A DNA stretch of 64,000 nt from Macrostomum lignano. Its lineage: Eukaryota. Positions 23,801-34,914 of this stretch are shown one piece after another. Position 1 is the first letter of the stretch. Every line of letters begins with the position of its first letter. A model generated the notes under the pieces. The model worked only from the letters and a program-made list of their open reading frames with translations, did not search any database and was not told where the DNA came from. The position numbers were made by a program, and so were the translations under genes. The DNA lies in assembly GCA_002269645.1 (NCBI GenBank), contig NIVC01002656.1, positions 1 to 64,000 on the forward strand, given 5' to 3'.

Positions 23801-26800
23801 GCGCCTCATTTGACTCATCCTGCTTGGCGCCTCATTTGACTCATCCTGCTTGGCGCCTCATTTGACTCATCCTGCTTGCTTGGCGCCTCATTTGACTCAT
23901 CCTGCTTGGCGCCTCATTTGACTCATCCTGCTTGGCGCCTCATTTGACTCATCCTGCTTGGCGCCTCATTTGACTCATCCTGCTTGGCGCCTCATTTGAC
24001 TCATCCTGCTTGGCGCCTCATTTGACTCATCCTGCTTGGCGCCTGATGCATGACCAACCTGACCAAAGCTACAGTTGAAATCAAGCTTAGCAGCTTCTTT
24101 TCAGTAAAATACGCAGGCAAAATGCCTTATAACAACTCAAAACTCACAGTTGCCGCTGCTGTCGTTGCACTGCAGCTGCTGAAGTCCTTCATCATCTCCT
24201 GGTACAGCCGCACTATGACAGAGCAGTATCACTTTAGCCGGCTTCCGACTATTCAAGTGCGGGTTGGCTCGAGCTTCGCTGGCCTCGAGTTCGCGCAGCA
24301 CCTCCGCCAGATTCTTTATGTACTGGATGGCGTATTTCAGCGTCTCCACTTTGGACAGCTTCCGATCCTCCTTCTGCTCGATCGGCAGTCGGCGTCGGAG
24401 ACCGTCGAACGCGGCATTTATTGAGCGCATTCGTTTGCGCTCGCGCTGATTGGCCGCTCGGCGTTGGTGCATCCGACGGGAGCGGGCGTCCGTCATCTGC
24501 CTGCGATGCGGCCGCTGCTGCTGATGCTCCTGCGGCGCAGCTGCCTTGATACACTTTGCGCTATCCTTGATTGATGCCTGCCACTCGATCGGCTGATCCA
24601 GATCGATGCTTGGATAGACAGCTTGATGCTGAGCCATCGGATGCTGGGAAATGTACTCAACAAACTGATGCTGATTCTGGTCGGTAAAGTTTGAGAACTG
24701 CTCAATAGGATAGCCACAGGATTGATGATGCTGATTGACAGGCATTTGAAACTCTGTTGGGTAGTATGGGGCCTCACGGTTGGGCTGGAATAAGATTTCG
24801 GGGTAAAAAAATGCCCAATAAAACGACCACTGCAGTGTGATAGAGGAACACCTCAGCTGCTAGGGGAATATTTTCCTAAAATGAAATCGGTTTGTCCTGA
24901 CCAGTTATGCCTAATTATGTTAATTAGCTAGCATAATTAATTTATGTACTCGAAATTAGCCGCTTCCTTCATGTGAAATCGCCTAAAAACTGCTTTTATG
25001 AGCTGTGTTCGCATTAAAATCTGTAGCTATTTAATATCAATATATATTAGTATTAGTTATAGAAAGTGAGCACTTTGTAGTTCATATTATTAGTACTCAA
25101 AAATTAAAGAAAAAAATAGAAATATCCAGCGTTTCAGAGAAAGGGTCTCTTCAAAACTGAGCAGCAGGTTGGACATTTGGATAGCACCTATTAAAATTTA
25201 TATCAATAAAATTAAATATATGATATAATTATAATATAACTTATATAGCAATTCATGATCAGTTTATGTTTTAGCATGCAGGTACTACGAGATACATGTC
25301 ACAGATAAAGAAGAGAATATTGCTAATCTGAGCAGAAAAGTCTGGGTCAAAAGTTTTTTTAGATATTGAATATTTCTTTTGAATTACTTCCATTGCCAAT
25401 AGAATCAATATTCAAACTTTTGGATGTTGAACTTTTAGATAGATCCCTTCACAAATTGTCATGGAAGTATTGCTCCTATTATACTGTTTTTCTTCATCCA
25501 TGTAGTAGTGCTGGTAACAACAGCATGCAGCAAAGTAGGCTGCACAACACGACAGTAAATTTAGTCAAATGAAAAGCCATCACCGCATTAAATATGTCAC
25601 TGCATTAGATATGCCAGCTGTTATACGCCACTGTTGCCTGCAGCAGCCTATTGCCGAACTGTGGGTGATCGGCTGGCAGCCTGTAGCGCTGCCAAGTCCG
25701 CTGGAAATCCGAGTGTGCGCTCTCTACTGCCTGTTCGCTACAAGTTCCAAGTGCACGACCAGTGCGATGGCAGAAGTCGCTCACGTGGCAAAGGAGAACA
25801 TGCACTTTGGGCGTGACAGTCAATCCCAGTGCCAGGTATGCAGCTCCAAAATTTTCGATTCGCTCACCAAAATCCGGGACCAATTCCTGGCCAAATGCTC
25901 CATTAACAACGCTGTTGAAGCAAATCAAGCACTGGGCGAAGGGCTGTAGTTCATGAGGAACGTCTTCAAGAAGAACCTCAGCCATCAGCAGCAATTTGCG
26001 ACAAGCGTTGCCTTCCATTGTGCCGCCGCGGTACCCCGCTCGCACGATGCCGTGAGATTGTAGCCATGCAAATCCGCGGTCTTCGCCCCAAGCTTCGTTC
26101 AAAGAATCAAGCAATTTGTTACTGATTCCGAGCAGAAGATGCAGTTCAGGAGGGGGCAGCAGCATCAGCACTTCCTCGTCATCATCACCAGCCAGCAGCG
26201 GCAGATTGACACAGTTCATGAACTGCTTCGCTCTGCTCCAAACTCGTCCAGCAGAATTGAACTCCTGCACTTTCTGCCGAATTCTACCGAGGGTTCGTGG
26301 CCTGCCGCTTGTCGTCAGTGGTGCAGTAGACTCGCAGTACGGACATGGGTGAGCACACGAGTGAGGCTGGAGTCCGCAGAGAATGTTTGCTAGCTTCATG
26401 TCTGTGACAGTCACAGCAGACAGCTCTACCACAGAAACAGCCTGTAGCAGTGTTTTTACATTTTTGTACGTTTCTGAGATGTCGTTGACGATTGCGAGAA
26501 CTATAATTTTTTTCACTCCGGCGTCATTGAACTGTGAGTGGCGTCGCACACTTTCGTGAACTGCAGCAGCACCGCCGTGCACCTGATGGTCAGACGTGGA
26601 CGCAACGACAGACACGCAAATCTTAAAAAAACCTCCGCCACCATCAAGCCCCAGCCGGCATTCGAAGTTAGAGGCTCCTCGCTGTTGGACAATAAATTCA
26701 ATGAGGCGCGAAGCATCAGTGCAGAGGACAGCAGCACGATCACCAATGGCAGAAGATGACAGCTCGAATTGAAGTGTCTTAAGTTTAAAAAAGTCTTCCA

Positions 26801-28296
26801 ATACACGATTCTGAGTCACTAATGAATCTTTCAGCCTAGATTCAACTGCTCGCGAAGAGCTTGCACCAGCTCTCAGTACCTGCGCGACCTGCAGCGTCTG
26901 ATTGTTGCTAAGATTCAGCACACCTTTCAGTGTCTTCATTGTGCTGATAGAAGTTGCAGGGAAGCTGGTTGCTCCATTGCCCACACTAGCACCAACAGTC
27001 ACGCGCATTGGGCGACCACCTTCCATCCGTGACAAGGAAACACAGCTGGAGCCACTTGCTGCAGCCTTTGTTGATATGCAGCTGCTGGCCAGCATGTCCT
27101 GCGTATCAGGACTGACACCCTGCTGCAGATTAGTCAGTCGCGTTGCTCTTGAGCAGTTGTGTTTCTTGCCACGGCCAATTTCTGATCGACAAAACGAGCA
27201 AATGAACTGTGGTTGTGCTGCATCAGCTGCCGACAATGGATGTTTTCGAGGTCGTCCTGGACGAGATGCAGCAGCGCCAGTACTGTAAGAGCTGACAGAA
27301 GTTGTCAACTTGCTGCTGTTCTTCGATCTGGCAAGCTCGCACAGTTCGCAAGAGCAATGCGGATTATTTCTTGTGGACGGAGGCAGACTCTGCAGGTCGG
27401 CAACCATCTGCTCATAGTTTAGCCTTGGTGGCAACTCACGAGGCGCTGGACCAGATAGAGATGAAATGATGCGTCGACACCCGTCACACAAGCCGGTCGG
27501 CAGAATGTGCTGTACAGAGGCGAAATTCGGCACCAAATCCTCAGCAGAAAAATTGGCTACCGACCAAATTGAGCGCGAGGCTTTCCGCAAACAGAGCAAA
27601 CACAGACTCTCTCTGCACTCCTCATGTGATTTTTTTGCATTCGGCATATTCTGAAATTCTGAAATTGATCGCTGGCCACTGATGCAAGAGACAAATGTTT
27701 TGAATTTGGCCTTGACTTGAGTATTGGTTGTGATATTTATTTGAGTGCTGATATGAGTTGGCTATGAAAGTTGCAATAATCAATGTACATCTGACAGTCC
27801 GACGCATATGAAATAGAACAGTACGAACGTACGTACGTTCATGTGCTAATTTCGATATTGAGCAAAGAGAGTGCGTGAGACCTAGAGCACAACAGTTCAT
27901 ATTGAAGCTAGAGCAGAGCATTGGCTGCTGCATACATTCTGATTAGCAACTGCTCATCCAGTATAATAGCAGTTTATATCATAAAAACATAAAAGCAGAC
28001 CAGGCCATAAAAGCAGTTTTTAGGCGATTTCACACGAAGGAAGCGGCTAATTTCGAGTACATAAATTAATTATGCTAGCTAATTAACATAATTAGGCATA
28101 ACTGGTCAGGACAAACCGATTTCATTTTAGGAAAATATTCCCCTAGCAGCTGAGATGTTCCTCTATCACACTGCAGTGGTCGTTTTATTGGGCATTTTTT
28201 TACCCCGAAATCTTATTCCAGCCCAACCGTGGCCTCTGTGTGGAATAGCGATTCGCCCACTGCGCTCCATTGCTGCTGCTGGTTGTGAAGTTCCAT
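20840..28296 (-). CDS. PTF1A: PTF1A bHLH transcription factor; join(28296-28232, 24770-24148, 21336-20840), exon 1 interrupted by a Chapaev transposon
   Basis: bHLH QRRAANQRERKRMRSINAAFDGLRRRLP...LSKVETLKYAIQYIKNL. PTF1A-specific AKVILLCH motif, and the C1 motif GHSLAWRDERQ in exon 2. Phase-1 donor (24148|gtgagt) matches a phase-1 acceptor (atacag|21336). Removing the transposon and one TSD copy gives a 1185-nt ORF starting MELHNQQQQW (394 aa). Confidence 0.9.
21420..23055. repeat. C/T-rich minisatellite (ctccccatctcacc variants) in the PTF1A intron
   Basis: Directly visible; the ORFs here are artefacts. Confidence 0.95.
23650..24045. repeat. 26-bp minisatellite (cttggcgcctcatttgactcatcctg)n in the PTF1A intron
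   Basis: About 14 units. Confidence 0.95.
24775..28231 (-). mobile_element. Chapaev-type DNA transposon, apparently intact and autonomous (3457 bp)
   Basis: 226-bp TIRs (24775-25000, 28006-28231; 2 mismatches seen), CAC...GTG termini, 4-bp TSD GCCT (24771-24774, 28232-28235), and one uninterrupted 680-aa transposase ORF. Confidence 0.92.
25605..27647 (-). CDS. Chapaev transposase (RAG1/Transib-related DDE), 680 aa
   Basis: N-terminal Chapa Zn finger H-x7-C-x2-C...LP-x3-C-x2-C, followed by CxCxxC and CxxC-x8-HxC. Catalytic-core motifs LGLDGGG (D), VTDMKLANILCGL (D), CPYC, PELHLLLGI, EGNACRKLL, TPKVHVLLCHV and SEQAVESAH (E). Confidence 0.9.
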   Translation of the reverse strand: MPNAKKSHEECRESLCLLCLRKASRSIWSVANFSAEDLVPNFASVQHILPTGLCDGCRRIISSLSGPAPRELPPRLNYEQMVADLQSLPPSTRNNPHCSCELCELARSKNSSKLTTSVSSYSTGAAASRPGRPRKHPLSAADAAQPQFICSFCRSEIGRGKKHNCSRATRLTNLQQGVSPDTQDMLASSCISTKAAASGSSCVSLSRMEGGRPMRVTVGASVGNGATSFPATSISTMKTLKGVLNLSNNQTLQVAQVLRAGASSSRAVESRLKDSLVTQNRVLEDFFKLKTLQFELSSSAIGDRAAVLCTDASRLIEFIVQQRGASNFECRLGLDGGGGFFKICVSVVASTSDHQVHGGAAAVHESVRRHSQFNDAGVKKIIVLAIVNDISETYKNVKTLLQAVSVVELSAVTVTDMKLANILCGLQPHSCAHPCPYCESTAPLTTSGRPRTLGRIRQKVQEFNSAGRVWSRAKQFMNCVNLPLLAGDDDEEVLMLLPPPELHLLLGISNKLLDSLNEAWGEDRGFAWLQSHGIVRAGYRGGTMEGNACRKLLLMAEVLLEDVPHELQPFAQCLICFNSVVNGAFGQELVPDFGERIENFGAAYLALGLTVTPKVHVLLCHVSDFCHRTGRALGTCSEQAVESAHSDFQRTWQRYRLPADHPQFGNRLLQATVAYNSWHI

Positions 28297-28780
28297 GCTA
28301 TAGCAGGGCTTCGGCTCGGCTCTGGTTCTCGGACAAGTTCCCGTTTGGTTGAGTAAGTTCATTTAAATCGAGCGCGTGAGAAGGGGCTGGTCTGAACGGT
28401 CATTGGCGGAGGCGATGCGGCGGGCACTAGCTAATTGGTTGAGAGATTGAGTAGTCGGGAGGGAGGGGATGCTCGTGTATTTGTTAAATTCCACTACTGC
28501 GAGCTAAAAAGGATAACCTATCTTCATTCTCATTAATCAATTCTATATACTAAGACTGACACACTGACTGAAGGATAAAGTAGCGCGGTTGATAACGTCT
28601 AAGGATAACGTAGTCTAAGCTTGTGTTTTTTCAATAACAAAATTTTTTTCTTTTTTTAACAAACATTAAATTTAAAAACGTATGTATAGAAAACTGTAAT
28701 TTTACGTTAACTTAACTAACTGTGGCACTTCAAACAGTTACATGTACCTGTTCTTAATGATCAGGGATACAGGAGGCAAT

Positions 28781-29395
28781 ACAGAGGACAGAGGACAGAG
28801 GACAGAGGACAGAGGACAGAGGAAAAAGGACAAAGGACAGAGGACAGAAGACATAGGACAGAGGACAGAGGACAGAGGAAAAAGGACAAAGGACAGAGGA
28901 CAGAAGACATAGGACAGAGGACAGAGGACAGAGGACAGAGGACAGAGGACAGAGGACAGAGGACAGAGGACAGAGGACAGAGGACAGAGGACAGAGGACA
29001 GAGGACAGAGGACAGAGGACAAGAGGACACAGAGGACAGAGGACAGAGGACAGAGGACAGAGGACAGAGGACAGAGGACAGAGGACAGAGGACAGAGGAC
29101 AAGAGGACACAGAGGACAGAGGACAGAGGACAGAGGACAGAGGACAGAGGACAGAGGACAGAGGACAGAGGACAGAGGACAGAGGACAGAGGACAGAGGA
29201 CAGAGGACAGAGGACAGAATACAGAAGACAGAAGACAGAGGACAGAGGACAGAGGACAGAGGACAGAGGACAGAGGACAGAGGACAGAGGACAGAGGACA
29301 GAGGACAGAGGACAGAGGACAGAGGACAGAGGACAGAGGACAGAAGACAGAAGACAGAAGACAGAGGACAGAGGACAGAGGACAGAGGACAGAGG
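28781..29395. repeat. (gaggaca)n heptamer array
   Basis: Directly visible. Confidence 0.95.
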
Positions 29396-30069
29396 TTGAA
29401 CACAAAGTTTCTCAGAATGAGTTAAAATTTCAATCTTGAATTCCTTCTGTTAAATATGAGCTCAGTAAATTCAAACATCATTATAAATCACTAGAATAGA
29501 AAGAGAATATCCAGGACACGCTCCATCAACCGGTTCCCTTATCCCAGTCGCCAGCCAAGTGCCACCTGCAAGAATCGATCAACCGCGTCCTGAGCTCAGA
29601 AATCAACGGTTTTGAAGTCTCTGCTGTGAACTATATGAAAGCAACTTTGATGGCATTTTGAAATTTTTGATGCAGTCTTACCTAGCTACACAGTCAGTGC
29701 AACAGTCTGAAATTGAGATAAGAATTGTATATACTATGGAGAGGATGAACTGTGGAATACAGACTCTTACACATCCTTAACAGATAAAGCTATTTATTGT
29801 GGGACTTGCATGGACGGTGCGGTGCGTGCGTGCGGTTCAATGTTTAATCATGCGCATAGGGGGGGTGCTCTTTCTGTTTTAATAGCGCTGCCCACGTGCG
29901 CCAATCAGTTCGGCCCCGTGTGCCAGGCTCGCGAGAGTCTCGGTGAGAATTCTGTAAAGATCTTATAGTCCTGATTCTCCTTCAGGCTGCGCCCCTCACC
30001 CCATCCCTCAAGGTTTACGCAGGTAACCAAGCCTGCGTGTTGGCAGGAGGAGCTCAACTTATGCTTGAG

Positions 30070-31485
30070 ATTGGCGCCCAACAAGAGACAGTGAGAGAGT
30101 GGCGCCCAACAAGAGACAGTGAGAGAGTGGCGCCCAACAAGAGACAGTGAGAGAGTGGCGCCCAACAAGAGACAGTGAGACAGTGGCGCCCAACAAGAGA
30201 CAGTGAGACAGTGGCGCCCAACAAGAGACAGTGAGACAGTGGCGCCCAACAAGAGACAGTGAGAGAGTGGCGCCCAACAAGAGACAGTGAGAGAGTGGCG
30301 CCCAACAAGAGACAGTGAGACAGTGGCGCCCAACAAGAGACAGTGAGACAGTGGCGCCCAACAAGAGACAGTGAGAGAGTGGCGCCCAACAAGAGACAGT
30401 GAGAGAGTGGCGCCCAACAAGAGACAGTGAGAGAGTGGCGCCCAACAAGAGACAGTGAGAGAGTGGCGCCCAACAAAAGACAGTGAGAGAGTGGCGCCCA
30501 ACAAGAGACAGTGAGAGAGTGGCGCCCAACAAAAGACAGTGAGAGAGTGGCGCCCAACAAGAGACAGTGAGACAGTGGCGCCCAACAAGAGACAGTGAGA
30601 GAGTGGCGCCCAACAAGAGACAGTGAGAGAGTGGCGCCCAACAAGAGACAGTGAGAGAGTGGCGCCCAACAAGAGACAGTGAGAGAGTGGCGCCCAACAA
30701 GAGACAGTGAGAGAGTGGCGCCCAACAAGAGACAGTGAGAGAGTGGCGCCCAACAGCAACAAGAGACAGTGAGACAGTGGCGCCCAACAAGAGACAGTGA
30801 GAGAGTGGCGCCCAACAAAAGACAGGTGAGACAGTGGCGCCCAACAAGAGACAGTGAGACAGTGGCGCCCAACAAAAGACAGTGAGAGAGTGGCGCCCAA
30901 CAAGAGACAGTGAGAGAGTGGCGCCCAACAAGAGACAGTGAGAGAGTGGCGCCCAACAGCAACAAGAGACAGTGAGACAGTGGCGCCCAACAAGAGACAG
31001 GGAGAGAGTGGCGCCCAACAAGAGACAGGTGAGAGAGTGGCGCCCAACAAGAGACAGTGAGAGAGTGGCACCCAACAAGAGACAGGGAGAGAGTGGCGAC
31101 CAACAGCAACAAGAGACAGTGAGACAGTGGCGCCCAACAAGAGACAGGTGAGAGAGTGGCGCCCAACAAGAGACAGTGAGAGAGTGGCGCCCAACAAGAG
31201 ACAGTGAGAGAGTGGCGCCCAACAAGAGACAGTGAGAGAGTGGCGCCCAACAAGAGACAGTGAGAGAGTGGCGCCCAACAAGAGACAGTGAGAGAGTGGC
31301 GACCAACAGCAACAAGAGACAGTGAGACAGTGGCGCCCAACAAGAGACAGTGAGAGAGTGGCGCCCAACAAGAGACAGGTGAGACAGTGGCGCCCAACAA
31401 GAGACAGGGAGAGAGTGGCGCCCAACAAGAGACAGGTGAGAGAGTGGCGCCCAACAAGAGACAGGTGAGACAGTGGCGCCTAACA
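30070..31485. repeat. 28-bp minisatellite (gtggcgcccaacaagagacagtgagaga)n
   Basis: About 48 units; no unique spacers, so not CRISPR. Confidence 0.95.
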
Positions 31486-31625
31486 AGAGGGGGTCAGGAC
31501 CCAGAAGAGGGGGTCAGGACCCAGAAGAGGGGGGCAGGACCCAGAAGAGGGGGTCAGGACCCAAAAGAGGGGGGCAGGACCCAGAAGAGGGGGTCAGGAC
31601 CCAGAAGAGGGGGGCAGGATCCTGA
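31486..31625. repeat. 20-bp minisatellite (gggggtcaggacccagaaga)n
   Basis: About 7 units abutting the 28-bp array. Confidence 0.9.
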
Positions 31626-32042
31626 GGAATGCGTTGCTGAGCTGTATAAATTTTGAGCTTTTAAAGGTATTTATTTAGCATTTCTGACTGTGGTACTTCC
31701 AGTAGTAAATAGGCACACCTAAATTTGTGTGATCGTTTCCAATTTCCCTATAGGTCCATATACTATACGTAAAGATCTTTAAACTTCCAGCTGATAGTAA
31801 GAAAAGAAATAACTTTTCAAATAAAGACAAGGATTATAAATTTCTACGCAGAATAAGTAAATTGCCAGTGCATTATCAACCGGCAGTGCTTCGCCCATAG
31901 AACACGGAGAAGGACTCAGAAAGTACTTAGATTCTATAGCGCTGCATACAGCCTATTCATACTCAAAAGACTCTCGACAAAATAGTAATTAAATATAGCT
32001 GATCAGCAAAAAAATCCTAAACTCGTTCAGCTTAAGTAACAT

Positions 32043-32202
32043 ATGCACGAGGATTCGAACATGGCTAGCAACTATCAGAAGCTCGAACACGTGCGGGCTC
32101 GCTACTCCAGGCTTCAGCACCAGCGCCAGCACGTCGAGGAGCAGCAAACGCATGCTCAACAGCAGAAGCAGCAAAAACAGCAGCAGCAGCAGCAACAACA
32201 GC

Positions 32203-32233
<31 letters not shown>

Positions 32234-33371
32234 TCAGCAGCAACACCAGCAACTCAGTCGCAGTCGCGATCGCCGGTACCTTCTGCCTCCGCCACCGATC
32301 CGCAATCCTCTACTGGCTTCTCAGGACGTTGATCATTCTTTGCGACGCTTGCAAAGGCAGCAGCACCAGTTCCAAGGCGCACATCTGCAGCAGAAGGAGC
32401 CGCAGCAGCCTCAGAATGAAGCTCAGCAGCCTGAGAGAGAACCTCAGCAGCCTCAAAAGGCAGCTCAGCAGCCTCAGACTCAGAAAGAGCCGCAGCAGCC
32501 CCAGAGTTCAGAGATGTTGCAGCGGTTTCTCGCCAGTCTCCCGTCGACGCCGCCGCCGCCTCTCAGACGGTCGCGCTCGCCGGCGCCCTGGTCGCAACGC
32601 CATCTCGCAACAAAGCTCGTCTCGCTGTCGCGGGCATCCCTCCTGGCTTTCCCTCCGACCACCAACACGGAGGCGGCGGCGCCCCCAGCCGACCAGGCCG
32701 CCTCACCCGACGTGGCGACGGATGCCGAGGCCAACTCGAGCAGCCTTGTGAGCTCCTCGTTCGACGCCGTGACCACGCTCGACGAGCCGACCGCGACCCG
32801 GCTAACGCCAGCTTCGCCTCCTGACCCGTCGCCGTCGCCTCGGCAGCACCGCCAGCAGCAGCCGTCGCTACGCCGGTCTCGTCACACCGCGCGGATTCGC
32901 AGCTCCTCGCTGGAGATCCGCTCGATGCCGAGCTCGCCGTGGCGGGAGCAGCAGCGCCAGCCGCAGCTCAGAGACAACCTCACAGCGCCGCCGGTGCCGA
33001 AGCCGAGGTCGCGAAACCACGCAGCCGACGGGCCGAGTCATCGCGGCCGGTCCAACTCGAACAGCCGGCAGCCGGTCGAGCAGCAGACTCCAGTCTGCCA
33101 GGTGTTCCGCGTGACAGACGCGTCTGACGTTTTCAGCTCTCTCGTGACCAGGGAGGATCGCCGGCTGTTGAAAGTCCTCAGCCACTTCAGCTGCCAGGCC
33201 GAGGTTCTGGAGACGCTGAAGCTGCCTCGGCGGTGTCGCGGGGCAATCGTCAGCATCAGCGGGCCAGACTGGCGGCGGCTGAGCTGGTGCGTTGACAGAC
33301 TTCAGAGCCTCTTTCCCGAGTGGGAGCTCAAGTTTCAAATGCGCAGCTGCTGCAGAACCCGGCTTTGTTGA
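32043..33371 (+). CDS. Intronless Q/P-rich protein with a C-terminal degenerate KH-like domain, 442 aa
   Basis: Long GC-rich ORF with polyQ and PRS-rich disorder. The last ~90 aa follow beta-alpha-alpha-beta-beta-alpha KH topology (VFRV, FSSLVTREDRRLLKVLSHF, CQAEVL, IVSISGP, RLSWCVDRLQSLFP) but lack GxxG. Confidence 0.65.
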
Positions 33372-34344
33372 AATGATCAGCTGGTTGGGATTTCAGTGAT
33401 GCATCAGAGCACATCTGAGCAGGCCCCAAGCCCATCAGGCGCTGCAGACTCGCACCTTTCATTGTACACCGCAGGACAGATCGAGACACGCGGGTTTCCA
33501 GTGAACTTTAATTCCGATCAAATAAGATTGCGTCAGTCAATCTTAATCTTAACTGTTTAATTGGTTGTTACTTTTCGCATTAACTAAGGCAAGTGCCGCT
33601 AGCTAATATTTTATGCAGCTTGTTATTCAGTTGTGATAGGTAGCAAAAAGGGAATTGTACAATTTTAGAATCTCAAGTTATTCAGCTTTCTGTTGCGCAG
33701 ATGTAGACACACACTACTGCCAAGTAGTAAAGAATTGTTTTAATAATTGTTTTGTCAGCAAGAGGTTCGTTTGCGATGCCTAGAAGCCAGTGTATTATGA
33801 TGTGCTGTGTTTTTGGTTTCCTGCCCATTTGCGCAATTAACTGTATAGATATTAATAGGATGAGCTGTAGTTTCTATTGATGACAGACAGTCAAATGACA
33901 GTCAAAGGACTCGCTGTACACCCCGTGCCAGCGTGTGTACGAGTTGCGTGTCTGTGTACAGTATTTTGGCGCGCTTGTGTCTGCAACTGGGATTTAGTAA
34001 CTGAGACTATATGATGAAGATCATCCAAAAAATGGAAATCTCCATGAAGAAAAGTGGCCTACTAGGCTAAAGAGAGCACACTGAAAAAAGACGAAAGGTA
34101 GTAGATAAGGTACCGCGGGATGATTTCCGGGATTCCGGGATTCTTGCTGCGCGCCAGCTGAGATAGAAATTGGGAATAGATTGGACAGAAGAGGAAAGAG
34201 GAGATGAGAGATGAGATGAGATGAGAGAGAAGATAAGAGGAGAGATGAGAAGAGAGGAGAGGAGATGAGAGGAGATGGGGAGAGGAGAGAAAGAGAGAAG
34301 AGAGGAGACAAACCCTTAACGAGCAGTTTAAAGGACCCCAACAG

Positions 34345-34405
34345 GGCCGGATAGAGAGGCTTCAGGGCCGCATGTGGCCCGCGGGCCGGAGATTGCCGAC
34401 CCCTG
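34345..34405 (-). mobile_element. hAT (Charlie-type) terminal remnant
   Basis: The reverse complement reads CAGGGGTCGGCAATCTCCGGCCCGCGGGCCACATGCGGCCC, a typical hAT-Charlie TIR/subterminal sequence. The partner end was not found. Confidence 0.6.
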
Positions 34406-34681
34406 TGACGTAAAGGATCTTTGTTCTCGCAGTCCTCATTGTTTTGTAGGCCATAGAGTTTATGGTCTGCTAATCTAAATTTTGACAGGTGCTGCGCTTA
34501 AATTCTGGACTGGAACTTTCCGGAACAAACTTTTCGGTCTCCAGTTGTCTTGTAAATTTCAGTTTAAGACTAGCTTTATGTGTTCTTTGATTGCTTTCGC
34601 AACGCCAAAACCTCACTATAAACTGGGTCCCATGATGTCTCGTGATGATGGAGTCTGGAGACAATCATGTATTGGCATGAT

Positions 34682-34914
34682 TGCAGCCTAGTGGTCAGAG
34701 CGTCGGACTCACGACTTGAAGGTCGGGGGTTCGATTCTTGACTCACTCGGAACAATTTGTGTCCTTGAGCAAGACCCTTAACTCTGCATTGCTTCAGTTC
34801 ACCCAGCTGTAAAATGGGTGCCAGCATTAGCTGGGGTAATTGAGGGTGTGTGGCGACCCCCCAGTCGATACTTGGACTGAACAGCCGTACGCAGCAGGTG
34901 TAATCAATTATTAT
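34682..34914 (+). mobile_element. tRNA-derived CORE-SINE
   Basis: A box (cctagtggtcagagcg) and B box (ggttcgattc); CORE-like ccttgagcaagacccttaactc...cagctgtaaaatggg; (tta)n tail; 12-bp TSD tattggcatgat at 34670-34681 and 34915-34926. Confidence 0.85.

Noticed and set aside
25001-25604. RAG2-like second ORF inside the Chapaev element
   Set aside because: The region is AT-rich with only short ORFs and no kelch or PHD pattern.
29905-31486. CRISPR-like appearance and ~500-aa Cys/Leu ORFs
   Set aside because: Head-to-tail minisatellite with no unique spacers, no cas genes and a eukaryotic context.
34682-34760. tRNA gene
   Set aside because: The A/B boxes belong to a SINE head (CORE domain, tail and TSD present); no full cloverleaf.
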